A stretch of 64,000 nt of DNA from Marsupella aquatica (Eukaryota > Plantae > Marchantiophyta): the NCBI GenBank assembly GCA_973895155.1, contig OZ316897.1, positions 10,005,832-10,069,831 on the forward strand, read 5' to 3'. A program made the position numbers and the translations under genes. The notes below the pieces were generated by a model. The model was not told where the DNA came from and did no database searches. It was given only the letters and a program-made list of their open reading frames with translations. Below, piece after piece: positions 1 through 10,576 of this stretch. Position 1 is the first letter of the stretch; each line of letters opens with the position of its first letter.

Positions 1-327
1 GGCGTTTGTGGAGCGAGTGCGTCGTGACGAGTGAAAGTTGAGTTCTGGTTTTTGACAAGCTATGGTGCTTGTTTTTCCCTGAACCGGATTACTCGTCGTG
101 ACGCTTGACTCGGAGGAAGAAACGCGAAGTGCTGAGGCTCAACGGAGAGATCATGGTGAGGCGATCATTTTGAGTCCGGGATTGGCCCTTGACGCGGAGA
201 GAGTAAGACACGGCGGAGGTTTTCTCTTCTCTGGTGGAGCTGCAGACGTGCCGGTGCAATTCGGCAACATTTCATGTCGGTGGTCATCACTTTTCTCATT
301 GGAAACCGAAGCGGAGGCACCTGAGAC

Positions 328-2988
328 GTGGAACTTGAAGCACGAGGATCACCGCGGCGGTTTGAGGGGCAGAGAGAGGAGCAGGAGGAAGAGCACGTGA
401 CACCGGTACCATCACCGGTGCGACGTGTGGTGGAGGAAGCAGTACTACTACCGGAGCTTACAGTAGTGCCAAAGAAGAAGATGGGGACTTTCAAGCTTGG
501 GGGACTCAAGTATGAAGTGACAAAGTATGATGGGCGCTCTGACTACTTGCTATGGGAGAAGCAGGTGAAGGGAGTGCTCTATGCGTCAGGGATGGGCCAA
601 CTGCTGAGCCCTCGTGAAGACGATGTTGATGAGAAACAATGGGACCGCATGCAGGAGTAGGGAGTGTGGTGTATTACACTCTATCTCATGCCTCCCATCA
701 TCAAGCAGTTGGGTGCACATAAGGATTGCATGTCCTTGTTTGCGGAATTGCAGAGCAAGTATCACCGCAAGGAGTTGTCGAACCGACTCTACACTTCCTA
801 TAAACTGATGAGTTTCAGGATGAAGGAATCCGGTACAAAGTTACAAGACCATGTGGATGTTTTCAACGACATGGTCGTTGACTTGGAAAATCTTGGGGAG
901 ACTTTGAATGATGAGACGAAGGCTCTGCAGCTTCTCAGTTCATTGCCTCCATCTTACCAGTCCCTATCACGAGTGTTGTTGCATCGTGATAGGGATACCA
1001 TTTCATACAATGACATGGTAAGTTCTCTGCTTAGTGATGATTTTCAGCAGAAGATGCACATCATGTCACAGCCTTCATCATCTGGTGCTGTCCTCAATGT
1101 TAACCGTGGGAGGAGTATGCAGCGACCAACTAAAGACCGTAGAACCCAGTTTAGATCTAAATCCAGATCTAAGTCCAGGGGTAAATCCCCTCAGAGGAGG
1201 TAGGTGACAAGTTGGAAGTGCAACCAAGTTGGACACTTCAAGCAAGGCTGTAAGGGAAAGGCAGCGGAATCTTCATCGACAAATGTGGCTAGGGCTGATG
1301 GAGAAGTTGATTTACTCAATGATGAGTATGTTTTATGAAGCCGGGGGTATGCCCTGTGCACGTCATCTAGGGGAGAAGATGATGTGTGGATTCTTGATTG
1401 TGCTTGCTCTTTTCATATTTGTTACATTCATGAGTTTTGTAGTTCTTACTCTGTTTCAAACGGTTTAGTTTTGATGAGAAATGATCACTCCTGTCAAATT
1501 GAGGGAATTGGGTCTGTGAAGATTCAAATGTTTGATGGCGCTGTGCGCACAGTGTTCAAAGTCAGGTATGTACCTGGCATGCGTAAGAATCTGATTTCAC
1601 TTGATGTGTTGGATTCAAATGGTCATCAATGAAGCGTTATTGATGGTGAACTTCAAGTTAGGTCGGGAGAGACAGTGATTTTGAAGGGGAGCAGACAGAA
1701 GAATTTGTATGTGTTATAGGGCAATACTGTATGTGGAGAGGCCAATGTAACCAAGTCTCACGAGGAGATGACTCAACTGTGGCATTCACGGTTAGACCAC
1801 ATGAGTGAGAAGGGTTTGGCTATCTTACGGAAGAATGGACTCATTTCTGATTTGCAATCTTGTAAATTAGAGTTTTGTGAGCATTGCATTCTTGGAAAGC
1901 AGCATCGTCGTGCTTTTGGTGTTGGAACACAGGAGTGTGTTTGACCCATGTGTGTATCTTAAACCGGTGAAGAATGTTGTTTTTGGGTTCATTATTTTAG
2001 TACTTTATGTGGATGACATGCTTATTGCGGCCAAGGATAGGTCTGAGATTGTTAAGCTCAAGACACTGCTTAGTGCAGAGTTTAAGATGAAGGACTTAGG
2101 GCCAGCTAAGAGAATTTTGGGTATGGAGATCACTAGGGACTTGAAGGCTGGTAAGCTATGGTTGACGCAGAGCAGTTATGCGAGGAAGGTAATTGCAAGG
2201 TTCAACATGGGGGATAGCAAGCCAGTAAGTACCCCGTTGGCTCCACACTTCAAGTTGTCATCAACTTTCTGTCCTACGGATGACATAGAGAAGGGGTTGA
2301 TGTCAAAGGTTCCGTATGACAAGGCAGTGGGGAGTCTCATGTATTTGATGACTTGTACTAGACCTGATCTTGCCATGTCTATGGGCAAGGTGAGCAGGTA
2401 CATGTCGAATCCAAGGAAGGTACACTGGGAAGCAGTGAAGTGGATTATTCGGTATTTGAAGGGTACCGTGGATCATGGTCTACTGTTTGATGCACATGCT
2501 GATAATGCTAGATCATTGATGGGCTATGTAGATGCTGACTATGCACAGGATGTGGATCAGAGGAGCTCAACAACAGGTTATGTGTTCACACTGGGAGGTG
2601 GATGCATAAGTTGGAGGTCTACCTTGTAGAAGTGTATTGCTCAGTCTACTACAGAAGCGGAGTATGTTGCAGCAGCGGAAGCAGCAAAGGAGGCGATTTG
2701 GTTGGATAGACTGATCACTGAGATGGGATTGCCACAGGGGAATGTGAGCTTCATTGTGATAGTCAGAGTGCGCTTCACCTTGCTGTGAACCAGGTGATGG
2801 ACAGCAGAGTGAAGCACATTGACGTCAGGTATCATTTTATCAGGCAAACTGTGTCTGATAATATGTTTGAGCTAGTCAAGATTGACGGTAAACTCAACCC
2901 GACTGACGCTTTTACCAAAGTGATTCCTTTGGAGAGTTTTTCTAGACACCGTGATGCGTTGCAGGTTTTGCAATTGCCTCACAAGTAG
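328..2988 (+). pseudogene. Copia gag-pol pseudogene
   Basis: In-frame stops at 658-660, 1201-1203, 1630-1632 and 2627-2629, plus frameshifts. The integrase catalytic core and RT N-terminus are absent, with the junction at ~1930. Confidence 0.92.
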
Positions 2989-3179
2989 GGTTACTTAACA
3001 TTTGTGTAGATACTGAGATATGCTCTTGCTCATTCCTTGTATAGGCTACGGTTTAGTTCTGGTCTACTCTCGTATAAAGAGGGAAAAACCGGTTTGGTTT
3101 TTCTTTCCAGAACTTCCCGCTGAGCAATCATATTGGTAACAGTCTTTACCCTCCCCTAGACCAGAGTCAAGGGGGAGAT

Positions 3180-3523
3180 TGTTAGGATTTACTCTTAGGT
3201 CTAGAGTTACGACTGTACCGTAGTTAAGGCTAACCTTAGTCGTAGACTTGGTTAGGTTAGTCATGTTGTGCACACTCTATAACCAAGCGGTGTTTGCTTG
3301 GTGAGGGGGAACTCAGGCTCATTGTTACGGAGCTAGTTGAGAGATAGAGAGAGCTTGCGATGTGGATGCTTGGAATGGCGATCGGCCTAGAGTGCAATAA
3401 AGCTCTCGTGTGTTCCCGTGGACGTAGCCTCATAAGGAGGTGAACCACGTATCTCTCTGTGTCGACTCTTGTGCGTTGGATGGTTCATGGGCTTGCCGTT
3501 GCGATTGTCGTCTATGCTCAACA
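3180..3523 (+). repeat. 3' LTR of the Copia element (~344 bp)
   Basis: Begins TGTTAG right after the PPT and ends CTCAACA (TGTT...AACA termini). Contains CTATAA (~3277) and AATAAA (~3396). Confidence 0.8.
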
Positions 3524-3620
3524 ATATTGTCAAATTAACTGAGATTAGACCTAAAGATTTCCATAGAAGATTGTCTAATTTCTTGCCACATTTCACTCAT
3601 CCTTGTAATATGTACTAATT

Positions 3621-3830
3621 TGGCTCAATACCCATGTGTTGCACAAAAGATATTGTTCCATAAAAGATGTCGTGGTGCCGAGATTTTGCTAACTAAAGTC
3701 AAAGATGTCGTCAAGTAAAAAGATGTTGTGGCGCCAAAGATGTCATAACGTCAAGGATGTCATCAAGTAAAAAGATGTTGTGATGCCAAAGACATCAAAA
3801 TAAGTAAAAAGATGTTAAGTATGAATATGT
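3621..3830 (-). mobile_element. Degenerate Helitron-like 3' end with AAAGATGTTG-type micro-repeats
   Basis: tggctcaatacccatgtgttgcacaaaaga is a diverged copy of the 5492-5522 terminus and is followed by the same aaagatgt(t/c)g motif array. Confidence 0.45.
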
Positions 3831-3843
3831 TGTTGTGTCCGCT

Positions 3844-4153
3844 GGGGGGGTTCACTATATGGAGGGCCATATAGTGAAATGACCCCCCTAACTTATAAGT
3901 GAAATGTTTTTTGCAACTCTCTCTCTTTCTTTAAATTTTGCCAGTTTTTACTAAAAAAACCCCCAAAAAATTTAAAGAAGTTATTTTTTACACTTAAATT
4001 GGCCTATTTGTTCTTTAAAGCCGACCAATCAATAAACTGACATGCCCTATATGTTCTTCCACAAACCTTTGGAATGAAGTCTCTACCATACCCATTTCAA
4101 TGAGTATATTTTGTTGCATGTGATGTGCCACTTTGGTGAAAGTGAACCCCCCC
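3844..4153. mobile_element. MITE copy 1 (Tourist/PIF-Harbinger-like), ~310 bp
   Basis: Termini GGGGGGTTCACT...AGTGAACCCCCC. The left end has an internal hairpin (ttcactatatgg-agg-gccatatagtgaa). The subterminal gcatgtgatgt motif is shared with 4724-5012. Confidence 0.55.
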
Positions 4154-4723
4154 ACCCCCCCCCCCGAGGTTGCATCACTCCATCATGTTAGTAAGTAAAG
4201 GGATGTTGTTAGTAAAAGATGTTGTCAAGGAAAAGATGTTGCCAAGTACTAAATTTCATTAGAAGAAGATGTTGTTGACGTAACATGTCAGTGTTGTTAA
4301 CCAAAATATGCTGACAAGTAAAAGATGATGAGGCCTTGGTAACACACTTGTTGAGTTTGGGCACCTGGAGCTGACAGTGCCCGATGTCTCTGACCAGGAC
4401 GCCTGGACCTGAGACCCAGGGGTGGTCCCTCCCAGGACAGTCACAAGGGCAAGGGGGAGAGGTGGGCCATCAAGCCAAGGGGGGAGAGGGACAGTGTCAG
4501 GTCTAGGCGCGAAGGTGGAGAGTCAAGGGGGGAGGTGATGTGGGGGGAGGTGAGCTGGAGGGGGGGGGGTGGGCAGTCAAGGGGCAAAGGGGGAAGGGAG
4601 GGAGTTGACGCGGGAGGGGGGAAGGAGGCGCGGGGTGGGGAGGGAGAGAGTCAAGGACGGGGAGCGGGAAAATATTGAGGAGAGGGAGGGGGAAGGAGCG
4701 AGTTGAGGATGGGGCGTGAGCTT

Positions 4724-5012
4724 GGGGGTCTCACTGTATGGATGCCTCCCCATCACCTGCGACGATTTTAGGCCTTGAACCCCCTAAAATGCAAGAATTT
4801 TAAAAAATTTTCAACCTCTATAAAGTTGGAATACTCTTGGAATATTCCAAAAATTTGGTTATAAGGACCCTAATGTTCTTATAAGTCTCAAAATTTGATT
4901 TAAAAGACCCTATTGTTCTTCTCAAAAAATTCTTAAGTCTTCCCTTTGAACCAATAAAATGACCCTATACTTCATCGCATGTGATGTATCATTTTTGTGG
5001 AAGTGAAACCCC
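4724..5012. mobile_element. MITE copy 2, same family
   Basis: Termini GGGGGTCTCACTGTATGGA...AAGTGAAACCCC; AT-rich interior with gacccta(a/t)tgttctt repeats. Confidence 0.55.
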
Positions 5013-5491
5013 TGAGGGCGTGAGTTTAGGAGGGAGGGAGAGAGGAGCTTAGAGATGGAAGGATGTGCATAGGGGGGCAGGGAGTTTCGGAGGAGTTTGG
5101 AGGGAGTCGTCTCCCTTGAACTTCCTGGGGACCAGCTTGGGAGGAGTCGCGGGGGAGTTTATAAAGTGAGTCTTAGGGGGAGTTTTTTGTGGGCCGGCTT
5201 GTCAGGGAGGGAGGAAGGGAGTCTTTGGGCCAAGGGACAGCCAGCTGGGGTCATCAGGGCGAGGCCGACTGCAAGAGCATGTCAGTGGCGCAGGGCGGTT
5301 GCTCCAGCCATGGTAGGGCTGGCCGCACAGCAGCACCCAGGTTCCACCATGGCCTGCATCCATGGCAGCTTGTTTTTTTGGGCACTATTCATTCCTTTTT
5401 TCCTGCTTTTGTTTTTCCTCCCCCAAACAGCTTGCCATATTTGAAAGACTACCACAGACTGCATAGATTGGCGCAATGTTGTATTATATGA

Positions 5492-5840
5492 CTAGCTCAT
5501 TACCCGTGCGTTGCACAAAAGATGGCATGGCATAAAAGATGCGAATGCATATTAAGATGTTGCTATGCAAAGATGTCAATGTGTAAAAATGTTGTTGCAC
5601 AAAAGGTTTCACTCCATAAGAGAAGTTGTTGCCAAAAGATATAGTTAATGTTATGGAGGAAAAGATGTTGTTACATAACAAAAGTTGTTTGGCGAAAGCG
5701 ATACTTGTGTAAACAATGTCATTGCATACAAAAGAGATTCTTGTGTTTAGGATTACATAGCAAAATAATTGTTGCATAAAATATGTCTTTGCACTAAGAT
5801 GTCATGCCAGAAAAGACATTGTCACCTTAAAGACATCAAA
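5492..5840 (-). mobile_element. Helitron-like 3' terminus (hairpin + CTAG|T) and adjoining micro-repeat body
   Basis: The minus strand reads GTGCAACGCACGGG-taatgag-CTAG|T (5516->5491), the classic plant Helitron 3' end. Adjacent sequence is rich in aaagatgttg motifs. Confidence 0.6.
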
Positions 5841-6310
5841 GGCAGGCACTCTGGCGTAGTCTAATAAGAGGCTATATTTGGTCTTCAAGAAAAAATGTGT
5901 AAGATTGGCCCACTTGACTCCCAAACATGATCGAGTTCAGCTTCTGTTTGTGGCAATGTCACAAATATTGATCACTTTGGGGCTGTGTAACTGGTGCTAC
6001 TTCAGTTTGAGTCAAATGTCACGGACAGGATATTCAGTATTGACCACTTTTGAGGCTTTGTGTAATTGGTGCAAAGTAGCCTAACAGGTGGGAGGATAGA
6101 GGAGGACAGATACTCCTTGATGCTCCCCCCCCCCCTCCATTTTAATTCTCTCCTATCTCTTTTTCCTTTTTCCTTTTTCCAGTTTTTGTGTTTTCTCCTT
6201 GCTTTGGTTCCTCCAAAAAACATTTGGCACTGCAAGTTTAAAAGACAACCACTGCAAAAATAGGCGGGACCTTGTATTATAGGAGTTAATAATACTTTAT
6301 TGAGTATGCC

Positions 6311-6595
6311 CCGGGTACTCACTTCTTTTCTTCCAACCCATCATGTGCAAATAAGTATAGGGTTTTTTTATTGGGTTTAGTGAAATATTTTTAAATTTTT
6401 ATTGAAAAACATTAGGGTTATTTTAATCCAATTTTGAGAATTATAAGAATCATAGGGTTTTTTAAAATCAGATTTATATTCCATTAAGTTAGGGGTAAAA
6501 AATCACTAAAAAATCTTTATTGACTTAAGTTTTAGGGTGTTTATTCCCCCAAAACTTGGTGCCTGATATGGGACACCCCTTGGATTGAGGCCCCT
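6311..6595. mobile_element. MITE copy 3, inverted relative to copy 2
   Basis: The reverse complement aligns by eye to 4724-5012 (aagtatagggt vs accctatactt; aattttgagaattataagaa vs ttcttataagtctcaaaatt). Ends TGAGGCCCC. Confidence 0.5.
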
Positions 6596-7056
6596 GAGTG
6601 AGTATGTAACTAGCACTTCCTATGCATGGATGGTAGAGGGAGGAGCACATGATCCTTGTGCATCAACCTCTCCCCTTTTCTTCTTGCTTTGGGGATCGTG
6701 CATTCATTCACACTAAATATTATTATATTTGTATTTTATTCATTCTTTTTGCCAGTTTTGATTTTTTCCACCCAAAACGGCCAGCCAAATTTGAGAGACA
6801 ACCACGTCATAAAAAGGTGCAACATTGTAATATAATTCTTGATGGGCAGAATGTTTGTCCCTCCTTTCTGCCCAGTGAGTGACTATCTCATGGGCAGAAT
6901 GTTTGTCCAGATAATCCAGAACTTGCCCAGATCACTCACTGCCGCCTATCTGAGTGAGCATTTTGACAAACATGAGGTCCATCAGGGCTTTAATGTCCCT
7001 ATTTTTGTTAAAAAAGCTGATTTCTAAGGAAAAAGAAAAGGAAGTGGACTTCGTGG

Positions 7057-7290
7057 AGATAGAGCTGACATCACCCCAATAATTTTCTATGGAAAATAAA
7101 GGCGCATCAGAATTTATAAATCAGGGAAAAACAAAGTACAATGAAAAGAAAGAAAAATAGTTTGAAAGAGTACAAACACCTAACCAGAAAGAAAGGGAGA
7201 GAGAGCTGACATGACCCCACTATTTTTCTATGGAAAAAGAAAAGGAGAGAGAGCTGACATGACCCCACTATTTTTCTTTGGAAAAAGAAT
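7057..7290. repeat. 48-bp repeat (gagagctgacatgaccccactatttttctatggaaaaagaaaagga); 2 tandem copies plus 1 diverged copy
   Basis: Copies start at 7201 and 7249; a diverged copy lies at ~7057-7100. Confidence 0.8.
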
Positions 7291-7587
7291 GGGTCCCTTG
7301 AGGGAGACCAGAACAACGGTCAAAGTCACCCTCTGCCTCCATCCAATTAAGGGTGGTCAAAGCCACCTTGAGGGGAGACCAGAGCCACGGTGACGTCACC
7401 CTCTCCCTCCACCGTCTCCATTCGTCATATTGATGGTGGCCAAAGTCACTTTGTGGGAGACCAGAGTCATCCAATCTTAGGCCTAGGTGCAATAACGGAC
7501 ATTGGATGTGAAGGGATTAAACCACACCAGCCCACATAAAAGACATAAAAGCCCCATTCCCTACTCCTCATTCTTGTCTCGTTAGCT

Positions 7588-8176
7588 CGTTATAGGGGCT
7601 GGTGTGGTTCAAGTTAACCCATGATTTTAGAGCTGAAGCCCATTCCTCAACTTGTAGAGTAGAGCGACCCTTCGCTCCTTATAGTGTCGCTGGTGTGGTT
7701 TAAGTTAGCCCATGATTTTGGTGCTGGTGCAATCTGCTAGAAACGTAGCTAAGGGAGAATTCCTCAACTTGTAGAGTAGAGCGACCCTTCGCTCTTTATA
7801 GTGGCTAGTGTGGTATAAGTTGATTTTGGTGCTGGTGCAATCTGCTAGAAACGTAAGTAAGGTGATTCTGGTGCAAATCTGCTAGAAACGTAAGGAAGGT
7901 GATTCTGGTGCAAATCTGCTAGAAACGTAGGTAAGGTGATTCTGGTGCTGGTGTAAATCTGCTAGAAACGTAAGTAAGGTGATTCTGGTGCAAATCTGCT
8001 AGAAACGTAAGTAAGGTGATTCTGGTGCAAATCTGCTAGAAACGTAAGTAAGGTGATTCTGGTGCAAATCTGCTAGAAACGTAGGTAAGGTGATTCTGGT
8101 GCTGGTGTAAATCTGCTAGAAACGTAGGTAAGGTGATTCTGGTGCTGGTGCAAATCTGCTAGAAACGTAAGTAAGG
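7588..8176 (+). repeat. Compound tandem array upstream of ECI: ~117-bp duplicated block plus nine 37/43-bp units
   Basis: The unit TGATTCTGGT(GCTGGT)GCAAATCTGCTAGAAACGTA(A/G)GTAAGG occurs x9 at 7821-8176, with one more copy at ~7712-7752. The block attcctcaacttgtagagtagagcgacccttcgctc occurs at ~7642 and ~7759. Confidence 0.95.
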
Positions 8177-8189
8177 GACCAGAAGCAAG

Positions 8190-8948
8190 ATGAGCAGGAG
8201 CTACAGCAGGTTAACAAAGCATGGAAAGGTGTTCCTCCTGGAGCTACTGGGAACGGGAGACCATCGACTCAGCCCAGCCTCGTTCTCAGACATCATGGCG
8301 CATTTGGACACAGTGAACAATTCAGAGGACGCAGGGGCGCTCGTGACGACCAATGAGGGTAGATTCTTCTGCAATGGGCTGGACTTGGAGTGGATCAGTG
8401 AGGATTCCAGAGAAAGAGGCCCAGTTCTGTATAGAAAGTTTGAAGAGCTGCTCACAGCGCTCATGTGCATGAATGTGCCCACCATCGCTGCTGTCCGTGG
8501 GCACGCAGCAGGAGCAGGTTTGGGCTTTGTCATGGCCCATGACCACAGACTCATGAGAGCGGACCGGGGCTTTCTCTACTCCAGCAGCGTGGACGTCAAT
8601 GTGGCTGTGCCTGCCGGGACTCTGACCCTCTTTGCCTCCAAAATGTCTCCCAGAGTTTACAAAGATGCTGTTCTTAAATGTGTGAAATACACAGGCAAAA
8701 TGGCGTTGGAGGCAGACTTGATCGATGCCGTGTTTGATGATTCCGAGAACACATTGAAGGAGGCTTTGAAGGAGGCGGAGGCTTTGGCTAAAAGGAATTG
8801 GGATAAGAGTGTTTACAAGGGGATGAGATTAGCTCTGTATCCCGATGTGATCGGGAACCTCCGGAGAGGTGATTACCAGTCGTTTGCTCCTGCTGGGGCC
8901 AACTTGAAAGGGCTTAAACCACAACGCTTCATTATGTCTTCGTTGTAA
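8190..8948 (+). CDS. ECI: Peroxisomal delta3,delta2-enoyl-CoA isomerase (crotonase superfamily), single exon, 252 aa
   Basis: Crotonase motifs GRFFCNGLDL and PTIAAVRGHAAGAG, plus HDHRLMRADRGFLY typical of plant ECI. C-terminal SSL is a PTS1-type tripeptide. Confidence 0.9.
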   Translation: MSRSYSRLTKHGKVFLLELLGTGDHRLSPASFSDIMAHLDTVNNSEDAGALVTTNEGRFFCNGLDLEWISEDSRERGPVLYRKFEELLTALMCMNVPTIAAVRGHAAGAGLGFVMAHDHRLMRADRGFLYSSSVDVNVAVPAGTLTLFASKMSPRVYKDAVLKCVKYTGKMALEADLIDAVFDDSENTLKEALKEAEALAKRNWDKSVYKGMRLALYPDVIGNLRRGDYQSFAPAGANLKGLKPQRFIMSSL

Positions 8949-10051
8949 ATCAACATTAAGATATGATGGAGATGATCAGATTCAATGCCCAGTTTTTAAA
9001 CAAAAATGCATCATAGCCTGGATTACTGGTGTGGGTGCAAAATTATGACGTAAGCCTGCGAAAGTACTAGATCAGTGCAGATTCTCGTTATTAGAATAGG
9101 GACGGTTCTCTACTATATCACACTTTGGTTAGCCTGAGAGATTCAGATAAGTACATAAGGATTAAAGAACAAAAAACCAAATAATTATTATGAAGTCATC
9201 CGGTCAGATAGGAAGCCGTTTTGTCTTGCACGCTGCAATAAACTCCTCATGAGCACTTCGAAACTGTAACAACAAACATAAGACAGCTTTGTCATAGAGT
9301 CAATGAGTGGAAACATCAGACTTGAACAATCCATGTCTTGCAGCTCATAAATTCTAGTTGTATGACTGGACCGACGTGTCTTATAATTCATGGTAGAAAT
9401 CTTGAAGGCTTCGAAACAAAAGCATACAATGCTGGTGTGATGCCTTGTATTCATTTCCGTTCGGTTGGAGAACACATTTGAAAAATACTGTTCTGAAAGC
9501 TACATCCTATAGCTTTGACACTACGAAGGCAAAGTGTACATATTTCTACCTACAATTGTGCCTTCCGACTGAACACATGTGAATGCAATGAAAGGAAGCA
9601 GTTAGATTAAGTTCATGATTTACAATTTCACAATTGTGCTCTCCAATTGAACACAATTGAATTCAATGTACAACAGTAGCTACAGAATGGGAAGCAACAG
9701 CCGAGATTGGGAGTAAAGAGTACTACACCAGCGCTACAGTTACGTGACCAGCGAAAACCTTCTACGTTAAGACACCTGACGTATCAACTGAAAGATCACT
9801 GAAGTCCTCAAACAGGCCGCTTTCAAGGAGTCTAGTTTCATAGCTTACAGAAACTTAAGCGTCAAGAGCAGATCTACAGCAGCTGCAAACTACTGAAGAT
9901 TGAAAATCCATATGAGTGGCGGAGACAAAGAGGCCCTCCTGGTCACAATTGAACTCCACCCAAACTCTAGAACCCACCTGCATTGAGTGTAAAAATAGAC
10001 GACGATGTTTCGTAACCGAAGAACTGGTGCCATGTTCCACTTTAAAAGCAT

Positions 10052-10576
10052 TCAACGGGCGATCCACTCAGCGAGGTGCAGTATGAATGCCAGAACACTG
10101 CCCAGCAAGGCACCTGCAGCCACTTGAATAGGCGTATGGCCGAGCATGTCTCGAAGAGGTCTGGAGTCAAAAAGTGAGTGCTCTGGAGGCAGCTCGCAAA
10201 GAATCTGATTCAAAACCTCCGCCTGACGACCAGCTTGCAATCGGACACCAGATGCATCATACATGACCACAGCGGCAAGCACAACCGCTATAGCAAGCAG
10301 AGAACTCCCAGGACCATCCCTCAAGCCAATTGAAACCACCAAAGCCATGACTGTGGAAGAGTGTGAAGATGGCATCCCCCCGGATCCAAGAAGACGACTC
10401 CAATCCAAACGCTTCTCCTTGTACCAGGTCATGAAGACCTTCAGACTCTGGGCCATGGCGAAAGAGAAAAACGCAGCCACTATGGGAGTATTCGAGAATA
10501 ACGATACAGACCCATCTTGAGAGGCATCCAGGGGTTTACTACTCTTTGCTGCCATTACTTCAGCAAGGATCCTCAT
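10052..10576 (-). CDS. Acid phosphatase/vanadium-dependent haloperoxidase-related protein (DUF212, divergent PAP2), intronless; start is ATG 10576 or 10555
   Basis: Family signature motifs AQSLK, GSGGMPSSHS, VVMYDASGVRLQAGRQAEVLNQI and LGHTPIQVAAGA. Confidence 0.92.
   Translation of the reverse strand: MRILAEVMAAKSSKPLDASQDGSVSLFSNTPIVAAFFSFAMAQSLKVFMTWYKEKRLDWSRLLGSGGMPSSHSSTVMALVVSIGLRDGPGSSLLAIAVVLAAVVMYDASGVRLQAGRQAEVLNQILCELPPEHSLFDSRPLRDMLGHTPIQVAAGALLGSVLAFILHLAEWIAR

Larger units (their letters stand above)
1..3523 (+). mobile_element. Degenerate Ty1/Copia LTR retrotransposon; 5' LTR outside the window, internally deleted
   Basis: Copia domain order: gag (KYDGRSDYLLWEKQVK; UBN2-like SSLPPSY), protease (WILDCACSFHIC), integrase Zn-finger remnant (LWHSRL..H...CEHCILGKQHR), RT (LYVDDMLIA), RNase H (GYVDADYA, STTEAEYVA, KHIDVRYHFIR). 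PPT AAGGGGGAG at ~3169-3178 is followed by an LTR. Confidence 0.95.

Noticed and set aside
4724-6595. Long inverted repeats as the TIRs of one Mutator/foldback element
   Set aside because: Each arm has its own short TIRs and a third copy exists at 3844-4153, so independent MITE copies explain it better. No 9-bp TSD was seen.
7821-8176. 37-bp repeats resembling a CRISPR array
   Set aside because: Units are head-to-tail with no unique spacers, there are no cas genes, and the context is eukaryotic.
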